Assembly (NCBI GenBank): GCA_964588495.1
Contig: CAZPPS010000002.1
Location: 1,108-65,107 of the forward strand
DNA: 64,000 bases
Direction of reading: 5' to 3'
Source: an uncultured bacterium
GTDB lineage: Bacteria; Chlamydiota; Chlamydiia; Chlamydiales; JAAKFR01
Both the position numbers and the translations under genes were made by a program. The notes beneath the pieces are model-generated. The model was not told the origin of the DNA, ran no database searches, and saw nothing but the letters and a program-made list of their open reading frames with translations. Below are positions 38,140-45,960 of this stretch, one piece after another. Position 1 is the first letter of the stretch. Each line of letters starts with the position of its first letter.

Positions 38140-39588
38140 ATGCTTAGAAAAAAATATTATATGCTGCCTGTTAAAGAACTTCGAGCGTCCACTCATCTTA
38201 AAACTCACGAGAGTATAACAAAGCCCAAGGAAACGATGGGCCGCAAGTATTTAGACATCACAGACGCGCCTTCCCTCATGCTGTTTCAGAATGATGCCTA
38301 CAAAGATGACCCCGAATTTGGCCAAATCAAGATGCAGATGAGAGTTTATGGAGTTTTCATCCGTTTTGTTGTCCCTTATATCTTCGATTGTGAAACTTCA
38401 AGAGGAAAGACTATCTTGCAATGTGGACAATCAAAGCTTGAAAACGGGGAGTGTGCTCACTTTGCTTTAACACCAAATATTCAAGATGATAAGCTGAAAA
38501 GGATCATAGAGGAATTTAATAATGATGCCGTGATTACCCCTAAGAAAGGGGCCTATCTCGATGCCCGTTGTAATTTGGACTCGCCAGAGAAAAAGGCTTT
38601 TCGGAAATTAGAATTTGGTCATGAACGGATCCAATTTGTACATAGCAGGGTTCAGCCTCAGGACTATTGTAGTTCTTTTAATCAGACAGACCTGCAAACA
38701 CAGTTTAGCGGCACTTTGGAAGGATCTCTTGGAGCTAATGATCTCGATGGTGCTCTTGAGAAAGTGTTGCGCCCTCTTGAAGATGAGTATTGCAAGAAAA
38801 TCTTTAATAAGGAACTCACTCCAGAAAAGGCCATCGAGGCTTTTTATGACGAGCTTTCAACAATTCTAACAACTGCTGTCAAAAATCTGACAGCTAGGCT
38901 TACGCAGCTTGAAAACTACTATGCTCTTGAAAAAGAGCTCTATGAGCTCGAAGAGGCCTATCTGAAAAATCCCGTCATCGATGTTTCCCAAATTGACAAA
39001 TACGCCGAAGGCGTTTCAAAACTTTTTGAACTCAAAAAATCCATCGAAACAAGGCTCTCTTATAGCACCAATTTTGTTAACGGTTTTCTCATGAAGGTAC
39101 CTTACCGGCGTGATTTTGCCTGGTTGAAAGGTTTTAGCAATGCTTATGAGACGCTCGATGATGATGCTCTGAAAGTTTATCAGTTCGAATTGCTCATGAA
39201 AAAAATACAACGGATTCCTGTTGAGGAAAATCCAAATGCTTTAAAACTGACCCGTGAGAGGCTTGAGGAGGCGAAAAACCAACAAATCGGCCTTGAAGAC
39301 CTGGGTCTGTGCCAAATCAAGAATCTGATGACCCATCTCTTTGGCGTCCGTGGTCCGGATGGAACGCGAAGAGCTCCTAATCAAACAGAGCTATTTGAGC
39401 AATTCGTGTCGATGACGCGAAAAAAGAAAAAGTCTTCCAAACCAAAACCCAAATCCAAACAATTGGATCAAGTTGAGAATTCCCTCAGAAGAAAAGCAGG
39501 GGAGCTGGGCAAAGAAAATATCCAATCCCTGCAGAACAGTCCAATCAAGAAGAAGATACGAATGGACAACTATCAACGAGCTGTTTAA
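38140..39588 (+). CDS. Hypothetical protein, coiled-coil rich with a basic C-terminal tail
   Basis: A long ORF. ATG 38140 or ATG 38161 is preferred over the TTG at 38113. The C-terminus reads TRKKKKSSKPKPKSKQ...SPIKKKIRMDN. No family was recognised. Confidence 0.55.
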   Translation: MLRKKYYMLPVKELRASTHLKTHESITKPKETMGRKYLDITDAPSLMLFQNDAYKDDPEFGQIKMQMRVYGVFIRFVVPYIFDCETSRGKTILQCGQSKLENGECAHFALTPNIQDDKLKRIIEEFNNDAVITPKKGAYLDARCNLDSPEKKAFRKLEFGHERIQFVHSRVQPQDYCSSFNQTDLQTQFSGTLEGSLGANDLDGALEKVLRPLEDEYCKKIFNKELTPEKAIEAFYDELSTILTTAVKNLTARLTQLENYYALEKELYELEEAYLKNPVIDVSQIDKYAEGVSKLFELKKSIETRLSYSTNFVNGFLMKVPYRRDFAWLKGFSNAYETLDDDALKVYQFELLMKKIQRIPVEENPNALKLTRERLEEAKNQQIGLEDLGLCQIKNLMTHLFGVRGPDGTRRAPNQTELFEQFVSMTRKKKKSSKPKPKSKQLDQVENSLRRKAGELGKENIQSLQNSPIKKKIRMDNYQRAV

Positions 39589-39838
39589 GCATGTCAAAAT
39601 CGGATTGACTTAAGTTTTTTTCTGCATAAGAGCAGGTTTCGACGGCAATTTTTCTAATCCAGTCAATATCAGGAATGGCATCGTGCAAGTAAAAGGCCTG
39701 AGTGATAGCCACAAACGGATCTTGAGGAATGTGTGCTTCCAGGATTTGTTTGATCTTTTCAGCTCTAGCTGTTCTATCTTCCGCTGGCATCTGTGGATGA
39801 TCTATAAGGAATTTCGTTACGATCGTAGCAACGCTCAT
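39545..39838 (-). CDS. Small hypothetical protein
   Basis: A 97-111 aa ORF with convergent overlap of 44 nt with the previous CDS. No recognisable motif, so the coding call is tentative. Confidence 0.3.
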   Translation of the reverse strand: MSVATIVTKFLIDHPQMPAEDRTARAEKIKQILEAHIPQDPFVAITQAFYLHDAIPDIDWIRKIAVETCSYAEKNLSQSDFDMLKQLVDSCPFVSSS

Positions 39839-39973
39839 GAACACACTTCTTGGAATAAAAGAGTGACTTATAGCAGGCAAGCGTATTTAAATTAAAGAGT
39901 TGCTTCACACTTGAAACATTTGGAGCCCTTAAGGTACAAGGGCGTTGTGATGTTCCGTTTCTTCTCCAGAGCT

Positions 39974-41320
39974 TTATTTAAAAATTTTTGAGACGATTTT
40001 ATTTTGAGCCTGGATTTGATAACGTTGGGCTATTTCCTTAAATTGAGGAGAAATGCAATCGAAAGGATGTGAGGTCTCAGAGGATGCGATCACGCTCTCA
40101 AATAAACTGGCAGCATCTGCCAAACCACTTTTTGATAACTGTGGGTTTTGAAACAATAACAAACCACTCTGTAGCTTAGCACAAAGTTGCACATGCTTAA
40201 ACTCGCATTCTTGGGCTAGCTTCTCTAATTCATGCAGTTTTTTAGCCGTGTTTTTTTCTAATAGAGTATTATATAAAACTGATAATTCCTCAGCGTGAAT
40301 AGATAAGTGGGAACTTACTTGAAACAAGCTTCTTAGCTTTTTCACATCTCTATTTTTTGTCGAATTATAATAGAGCATTCCTTTGTAGATAGAGCTATCA
40401 GCGCGGTAGACATCGCATACTCTTTTGTCTTTTTCAATAGAATCGAGGCCGGCAATAAGCGCCTCAAATTGTCCATTGAGAGGTAAAAAACCGGTGGCAT
40501 AACCAAAAGCCATGAAGTTGATGGCGCACGCTCGATCATCAGCGAGGGCTTGGTGACAATTAGCTACAGAGTTACATATTAAAAAAAATTGATAACAAGA
40601 AATGTTTGGCGGATTGTTTTCAATAATTGCTTGAGCCGCAATTATTCTTAAATGGGCTAGATGCCGCATATCCAAAAATTCATTATTTAATGCCGGCTCG
40701 ATGTCTTGAAAGTCGGGGAAACAGGTAAAAGCCGTGATGGAATAAAGAATTTTGTAATAGGTCGCTTCAGCCTTTTCTCGCTGACACTTGTCGTCAGCGA
40801 GATAATAAGGAGCTTCTAACTGCTGGCTATTGATTGAAATGGGAGATTTGTCATCCTCTCCCTCCCATGAAGCCTCATCTATGTCTTGGATATTTAATGT
40901 AGATTCAATAAAAAACTTGACGTCTGCGCCATATGCCAAACCCGCTTTTGCATGTGTATCTATCGTCTGGTTTGCAAAAAAGAAAATATCGGCTTTGCAC
41001 AAGGTAAGGTTCAACCATTGCTTAGGGTTTAAGTCCAAATTTTCTAAATGGGCGATTAACTTTATGGCTGCGTTAAATTGGGGGGGACATCTAAGCTCAG
41101 CGCATAAGTTGTAACAAGCCAAAAGCTGGAGATCCTGGAGTCTTTCTTGAAAGAATGTGCAGGTGAGGCCTAGGCTGTTCCTATCCTGAGCATCTGGCAA
41201 TTTTGCAAAAATATAAATGGCAATTTCGTTGACCTGCTGACACATTGTGTCTAAACGGATTTCTGGCTGATTGTAAATATTATTGGAATGATCAAGGTCA
41301 AGGATTCTTTTCACAAGCAA
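39974..41320 (-). CDS. Divergent member of the F-box-like paralogue family (lacks the C-terminal 42-aa modules)
   Basis: IAIYIFAKLPDAQDRNSLGLTCTFFQERL is the F-box-like segment. LIAHLENLDLNPKQWLNLTLCKADIFFF and FLDMRHLAHLRI are colinear with the family core. The start is TTG 41320, with an alternative ATG at 41245. Confidence 0.65.
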   Translation of the reverse strand: MLVKRILDLDHSNNIYNQPEIRLDTMCQQVNEIAIYIFAKLPDAQDRNSLGLTCTFFQERLQDLQLLACYNLCAELRCPPQFNAAIKLIAHLENLDLNPKQWLNLTLCKADIFFFANQTIDTHAKAGLAYGADVKFFIESTLNIQDIDEASWEGEDDKSPISINSQQLEAPYYLADDKCQREKAEATYYKILYSITAFTCFPDFQDIEPALNNEFLDMRHLAHLRIIAAQAIIENNPPNISCYQFFLICNSVANCHQALADDRACAINFMAFGYATGFLPLNGQFEALIAGLDSIEKDKRVCDVYRADSSIYKGMLYYNSTKNRDVKKLRSLFQVSSHLSIHAEELSVLYNTLLEKNTAKKLHELEKLAQECEFKHVQLCAKLQSGLLLFQNPQLSKSGLADAASLFESVIASSETSHPFDCISPQFKEIAQRYQIQAQNKIVSKIFK

Positions 41321-41359
41321 AAGAATATCAAAGTCTTATGTAAAAAATCAAGTTGATTG

Positions 41360-41391
41360 GAAAATACAGAAGCCCCAATGAGGGGCTTCTG
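41360..41391 (-). terminator. Rho-independent terminator after pnp
   Basis: On the minus strand: cagaagcccc-tcatt-ggggcttctg followed by tattttcc. It begins 10 nt after the pnp stop. Confidence 0.75.
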
Positions 41392-41400
41392 CGGAGGTGT

Positions 41401-43503
41401 TTAGGCAGCAGGAGCTGCAGCTATTGCTTTGCGGCTCAGCTTGAGCTGACCACGCTCGTTGATGTCGAGCACCTTGACGGAGATGACATCGCCTTGCTTG
41501 ACGTGATCGAAGATATTTTGGACACGCTCTGAAGAAAGCTCAGAGATGTGGCAGAGACCTTCTCTTCCAGGCAAAATTTCAACAAAAGCTCCGAAGGCGA
41601 CAACTGAGGTCACTTTTCCTGTGTAGATTTTGCCGATTTCAACTTCGCCCACAAGCCCTTCGATGATCTGCTTTGCATGATTCATCGATTCTTGTGAATT
41701 GGAAGCGATGCTGATCAGGCCTGAATCATTGATATCGATTTGAACGCCTGTCACTTCGATAATGTGTCTGATTTGCTTCCCACCAGGGCCAATCACCGTT
41801 GCAATCTTGCTTGGATTGATCTGGACGGTCTCAATGCGCGGTGCGTAGACAGACATTTCTGTGCGAGATTCTGGGAGCGCTTCGAGCATTTTCTTGAGGA
41901 TATGAGTTCTGCCCTCTTTAGCTTGTGCCAAAGCAGATTTCATAATCTCGAGAGTGATTCCCTCAACTTTAATATCCATTTGGAAAGCTGTGATTCCTTC
42001 AGCATCTCCTGTCACTTTAAAGTCCATATCACCAAGAGCATCTTCTAGGCCCAAAATATCAGAAAGAATCGCAATGCGCGCTTCTTCCAAAATCAGACCC
42101 ATAGCAATACCGGCAACAGGGCGCTTAATGGGCACCCCTGCGTCCATCATCGCCAAACAGCCGCCGCAAACAGAGGCCATTGATGAAGAACCGTTAGATT
42201 CAGTGATGTTAGATTCGAGGCGAATTGTGTAGGGGAATTCTGTGAGGGATGGAATCGCAGCTTTCAAAGCACGTTCTGCCAGTTTTCCGTGTCCCACTTC
42301 TCTTCTTCCAGGAGAGCCGATGCGTCCCACTTCACCTACAGAGAAAGGAGGGAAGAAATAGTGGAGATAAAAGCGGTTTAAGCCCTCTCCATTGAGATCT
42401 TCAAAGCGCTGTCCCATGCTCTCACCGCCGAGCGTACAAACAGCCATGGTTTGTGTCTCACCACGTGTAAAGAGGCAGTTTCCATGCGTGCGGGGCAGAA
42501 TGCCAAGTTCGCTGTCAATCGGACGGATATCTTTGACGCCCCGTCCATCGACACGAACACCTTCATCGAGAATGAGATGGCGCATGTACTTGGAAGAGAT
42601 TTTTTTGTAGGCTGCCTTGACGTCTACGCTTGTATACTTGCCAGGAGTACCCTCTGGGAGCAAATGTTTCAGAATTGTTTCTTCAATCGTATCGATAGAT
42701 TCTTCCCGATCTTGTTTCACAGGAATGCGGATCGCCTTTTTCAAAGAATCGGCGGTCATATTTTCGATTTCTTGAAGGAGGGCCTCAGGCAAAGCACGGA
42801 TCCCTTCACGGTTCTTAGGCTTGCCAATTTCATTTTGCCACTCTTGGATCGCTTGGCAGATTAAAGCAATTGACTTATGGCCTGCTTCAATGGCTGCAAT
42901 GACCTGTGCTTCTGTGAGGAAGTCGCAATACCCTTCAATCATCAAAATAGCATCTTCTGTCCCTGCCAAAAGGAGATCCAGGCGAGAGCGCTGCATTTCA
43001 TCCACTGTGGGGTTGATGATAAATTTATCACCAATCATGCCCACACGTACCCCAGCAACGGGTTTGACGAGAGGGATATCAGAAATAGCAAGGGCTGCTG
43101 AAGTTGCACAGATCGCTAGAGGATCGGGAAGATTGACACCATCATAGGACCAGACGTAGGCTAAGAGTTGTACTTCTTTGTAAAAACCATCTTCAAACAT
43201 CGGCCGCAACGGGCGATCGATCAGACGGGAAGTTAAGATTTCCCTTTCTGATGGGCGTCCTTCTCGTTTGATAAAGCCACCCAAAGTTTTCCCTGCGGAG
43301 AAGAATTTCTCCTGATAATCGACTCTTAAGGGAAGAAAATCTACCTCAGCGTCTGCTTCAGGGGCAGAGCAGGCAGTTGCGAAGACAATTGTTTCTCCGA
43401 GACGAACAAGGACTGCGCCGTTTGCTTGCTTAGCGACTTTTCCGGTTTCGAAAGAGAGTTGTTTATTTTCAGAAAACGTTACCGTTTTAAATTTGCGTTC
43501 CAT
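41401..43503 (-). CDS. pnp: Polyribonucleotide nucleotidyltransferase (PNPase)
   Basis: 700 aa with two RNase PH domains, a KH domain (IGPGGKQIRHI) and an S1 domain (GKIYTGKVTSVVAFGAFVEI). Confidence 0.95.
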   Translation of the reverse strand: MERKFKTVTFSENKQLSFETGKVAKQANGAVLVRLGETIVFATACSAPEADAEVDFLPLRVDYQEKFFSAGKTLGGFIKREGRPSEREILTSRLIDRPLRPMFEDGFYKEVQLLAYVWSYDGVNLPDPLAICATSAALAISDIPLVKPVAGVRVGMIGDKFIINPTVDEMQRSRLDLLLAGTEDAILMIEGYCDFLTEAQVIAAIEAGHKSIALICQAIQEWQNEIGKPKNREGIRALPEALLQEIENMTADSLKKAIRIPVKQDREESIDTIEETILKHLLPEGTPGKYTSVDVKAAYKKISSKYMRHLILDEGVRVDGRGVKDIRPIDSELGILPRTHGNCLFTRGETQTMAVCTLGGESMGQRFEDLNGEGLNRFYLHYFFPPFSVGEVGRIGSPGRREVGHGKLAERALKAAIPSLTEFPYTIRLESNITESNGSSSMASVCGGCLAMMDAGVPIKRPVAGIAMGLILEEARIAILSDILGLEDALGDMDFKVTGDAEGITAFQMDIKVEGITLEIMKSALAQAKEGRTHILKKMLEALPESRTEMSVYAPRIETVQINPSKIATVIGPGGKQIRHIIEVTGVQIDINDSGLISIASNSQESMNHAKQIIEGLVGEVEIGKIYTGKVTSVVAFGAFVEILPGREGLCHISELSSERVQNIFDHVKQGDVISVKVLDINERGQLKLSRKAIAAAPAA

Positions 43504-43597
43504 TTAACACCATGTTTTGAGCTGGGGGGAGAAAGACTTGGAATTGTGCCCCGAGCGAAAGTTTTTGTAGATTTCACAGATTATTCCGTGTGAGATT

Positions 43598-43683
43598 TAA
43601 ACCCGTTCCTGTGCCCGCCCCTTCCCAATGAATATATTCACTAAATTCATCGGGCACAGGCACGGGCACAGGCACGGGTTTGG
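43598..43683. repeat. GTGCCC/CACGGG-type hairpin in the rpsO-pnp intergenic leader
   Basis: The arm aaacccgttcctgtgcccgccccttccc pairs with cgggcacaggcacgggcacaggcacgggttt. There is an inner atgaat/attcat mini-palindrome. Confidence 0.8.
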
Positions 43684-43701
43684 TCATGAGATATGAAGAC
43701 T

Positions 43702-43971
43702 CTATTTTCTAAGATTCAGTCTCTTGATGAGGTTTTTGTAGCGTTCGGTATCTGTAGAATTCAGATATTCGAGCAGCTTACGTCTTTGCCCTACAAGTTT
43801 CAATAATGCAAGTCTTGAGTTGTGATCTTTTGGAGCTCTTTTTAAATGATCTGTAAGCTCTGCAATGCGCTCTGTCAAAATCGCAATCTGAACGTCGGCT
43901 GAACCAGTGTCTTTCTCGTGCAGTTGAAATTTTTTTGTAATTTCTTCCTTTGTGCCTTTATCTAGCGACAT
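43702..43971 (-). CDS. rpsO: 30S ribosomal protein S15
   Basis: 89 aa, with [19 protein letters not shown]...[23 protein letters not shown]. Confidence 0.95.
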   Translation of the reverse strand: MSLDKGTKEEITKKFQLHEKDTGSADVQIAILTERIAELTDHLKRAPKDHNSRLALLKLVGQRRKLLEYLNSTDTERYKNLIKRLNLRK

Positions 43972-44042
43972 TTAAAAGTATCTCCCTATTTATGTATTTC
44001 ACAAGCAACCATTATATCGCAGAATCGGTTAATGCACAAGAC

Positions 44043-44282
44043 TCATACTTTGGTATCGAGCAACACTTCGATATAATCGTGCTGTTTGTCATGTTCTCTT
44101 TTGTGCAAAATCACTTTAAAAGGAATTGTTATAACCCCTTCAGCTTTTGCAGTACACAAGTCGTAGTAAATGTTTTTTTTCAGCTCATCAGAAACAGGCT
44201 TCTTACGGTATTTTGAAAGGATTTTTTTAATTGTCTCTGCTTCCGCATCCGGATCGATCTTTTTGCCGTAAAAAGGTTTCAT
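44043..44282 (-). CDS. Small hypothetical protein
   Basis: A 79-aa lysine-rich ORF, divergent from tadA. No family was recognised. Confidence 0.4.
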   Translation of the reverse strand: MKPFYGKKIDPDAEAETIKKILSKYRKKPVSDELKKNIYYDLCTAKAEGVITIPFKVILHKREHDKQHDYIEVLLDTKV

Positions 44283-44330
44283 GATTTATAACTGTAATCC
44301 AAAACCACTCAACCATCAACTTAAAATTAT

Positions 44331-44801
44331 ATGGATATAGATATCGATGTTGCGTTCATGCGCGAAGCTTTGAAGGAAGCGAAAAAAGCTTATAAGGCAG
44401 GAGAAGTGCCCGTCGGTGCGGTTCTGGTTTTAAATGGCAAAGTCATTGCCCGCGGCCATAATCAGGTGGAGCTTCTCAAGGACGCCACAGCCCATGCGGA
44501 GATGCTTTGCATGGGAAGCGGCGCGGTCGCCCTTGAAAACTGGCGTCTTCTCGAAACAACGCTTTATTGCACAATAGAGCCTTGCTGCATGTGCGCAGGG
44601 GCCCTTTTCCTCTCAAGGGTGAAGCGCCTTGTCTGGGGGGCTCCTGATGTGCGCCATGGGGCAAACGGCAGCTTTGTCGACCTTTTTGCCCTCAAACACC
44701 CCACACACCAAATAGAAATTACTTCAAATATTTTATCAGAAGAGTGCAGCGCTCTCATGCAGGAATTTTTCCGTGAACGAAGAAATAAAAAAATTGATTG
44801 A
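44331..44801 (+). CDS. tadA: tRNA adenosine(34) deaminase
   Basis: CDA-fold zinc motifs HAEMLC and PCCMCAGA. 156 aa. Confidence 0.9.
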   Translation: MDIDIDVAFMREALKEAKKAYKAGEVPVGAVLVLNGKVIARGHNQVELLKDATAHAEMLCMGSGAVALENWRLLETTLYCTIEPCCMCAGALFLSRVKRLVWGAPDVRHGANGSFVDLFALKHPTHQIEITSNILSEECSALMQEFFRERRNKKID

Positions 44802-45000
44802 TGAAATTGCCGAGGGGCAACAAGAAAAACTTTTAAAATGCGGCAGGCATTTTGTCCCCAACCTCACCTCCGAGGATGTCCTTCAGCCCATCGACTACCC
44901 CGAGCTCGAGTCTAACCCTCATTTCCGCTATGAGGAGGGGGTCCTAGAGGGGATCCGCACCGTCGAAACTGCCCTCCTAAGACTTTTTAGAGAAATTTAA
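44773..45000 (+). CDS. Small hypothetical protein
   Basis: A 75-aa ORF with a GTG start that overlaps the tadA 3' end. The composition is protein-like but no family was recognised. Confidence 0.35.
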   Translation: MNEEIKKLIDEIAEGQQEKLLKCGRHFVPNLTSEDVLQPIDYPELESNPHFRYEEGVLEGIRTVETALLRLFREI

Positions 45001-45001
45001 T

Positions 45002-45120
45002 CCGTGCGTGACCGTGACCGTGTCCGTGCCCGTGACCGACCCGTGCTTCCGTGCCCGAATTTTGCGAAACACGGAAGCTCGGTTCGGTCACGGTCACGGA
45101 CACGGTCACGGTCACGCACG
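45002..45120. repeat. 119-bp hairpin of GTGACC/CACGGT hexamer arrays with conserved termini CCGTGCGTGACCG...CGGTCACGCACG
   Basis: The left arm is 45002-45053, the loop is cccgaattttgcgaaa, and the right arm is 45070-45120. I count about 47/51 complementary positions by eye. It lies between convergent stops. Confidence 0.85.
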
Positions 45121-45135
45121 AAGAAAAAGAAACTA

Positions 45136-45960
45136 TTACTTATTTCTACGCTCAGAGATTTTTTGCATGCGAGTCTTTTCTCGAGCGGTCAGTGAGTCGG
45201 CGCCTTTCTGAGAGATTTTGGCAAGCATCCGGTCCATGAAGGCTTCGTCGCTTTCCTGAAAGACTGAAATGTCGATGACTTTATCATCTGAGGAGGCCTT
45301 CTTGCTGGGTTTGCGGCGGAATTCGAGGTTGAGGGGGTAGGGGTTGGGAAGCTTCCAGAGGTATCTGCCGACAAGAAATCCGAAAAGGATGCCGCTAAGG
45401 TCTGCAAGGAAAGTAATTCCTGCGCCGTAGGAGAGGCTGATGAGGAGCGAGAAGACCAGATAGAGAGCGATGAGCCATTTGGTTTTGATACGGACAAAAA
45501 AGAGGAAGGTGAGCTCAAGATCGGGGTAGATCATGGCCCAAACCAGCATGAGGGCTAAGATTGGAGGGGCGCTCGTTGCCAAAAGGGTGCTGGAATTAAA
45601 GATCAGAAGGGCTAGGGAGGCGATAATCCCTGCAAAAAGACCTGCGCCTAGATAAAAGGTGAGGAACTGTTTTGAGCCAAAGCGGGCGTCTATCTCTGAA
45701 CCTGTAAACCAAAGTAGGACCATTTGGAGGAAAAGGGTGAAAAGAAGGGCAAACGAAATGCCGATCCCAGCTGAGTTCAGAAAAAAATAGGTTAGGGGTT
45801 GCCAAAGCCAGAGTTGTTTGAGGCCAAATAACGACAAACTAAGCCACGAACTGATCGGAGCAAAATAGTAAGTGGCTACGGGGACTAAAAGAGAAAGTGC
45901 CGCGGTGATCACAATCAGCCACTTGACACTTTTGGGCGTTTTATTAGAGAGTATATTCAT
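45136..45960 (-). CDS. Rhomboid family intramembrane protease-like protein
   Basis: Multi-TM. It has WQPLTYFFLN (rhomboid WRxxT..FlH-like), the TGSEIDARFGSKQF loop, and the GxSG-like ADLSGILFG. Confidence 0.65.
   Translation of the reverse strand: MNILSNKTPKSVKWLIVITAALSLLVPVATYYFAPISSWLSLSLFGLKQLWLWQPLTYFFLNSAGIGISFALLFTLFLQMVLLWFTGSEIDARFGSKQFLTFYLGAGLFAGIIASLALLIFNSSTLLATSAPPILALMLVWAMIYPDLELTFLFFVRIKTKWLIALYLVFSLLISLSYGAGITFLADLSGILFGFLVGRYLWKLPNPYPLNLEFRRKPSKKASSDDKVIDISVFQESDEAFMDRMLAKISQKGADSLTAREKTRMQKISERRNK

Noticed and set aside
26332-41320. The island as a prophage, ICE or transposon.
   Set aside because: No integrase, transposase, phage structural, conjugation or tRNA gene is visible. 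The expansion looks like tandem gene duplication rather than a recognisable mobile element.
45004-45239. Three overlapping plus-strand ORFs (RDRDRVRARDR, VTVSVPVTD, SVTVTDTVTVT).
   Set aside because: All are read-throughs of the 119-bp hexamer hairpin in different frames and then run antisense into the rhomboid gene.
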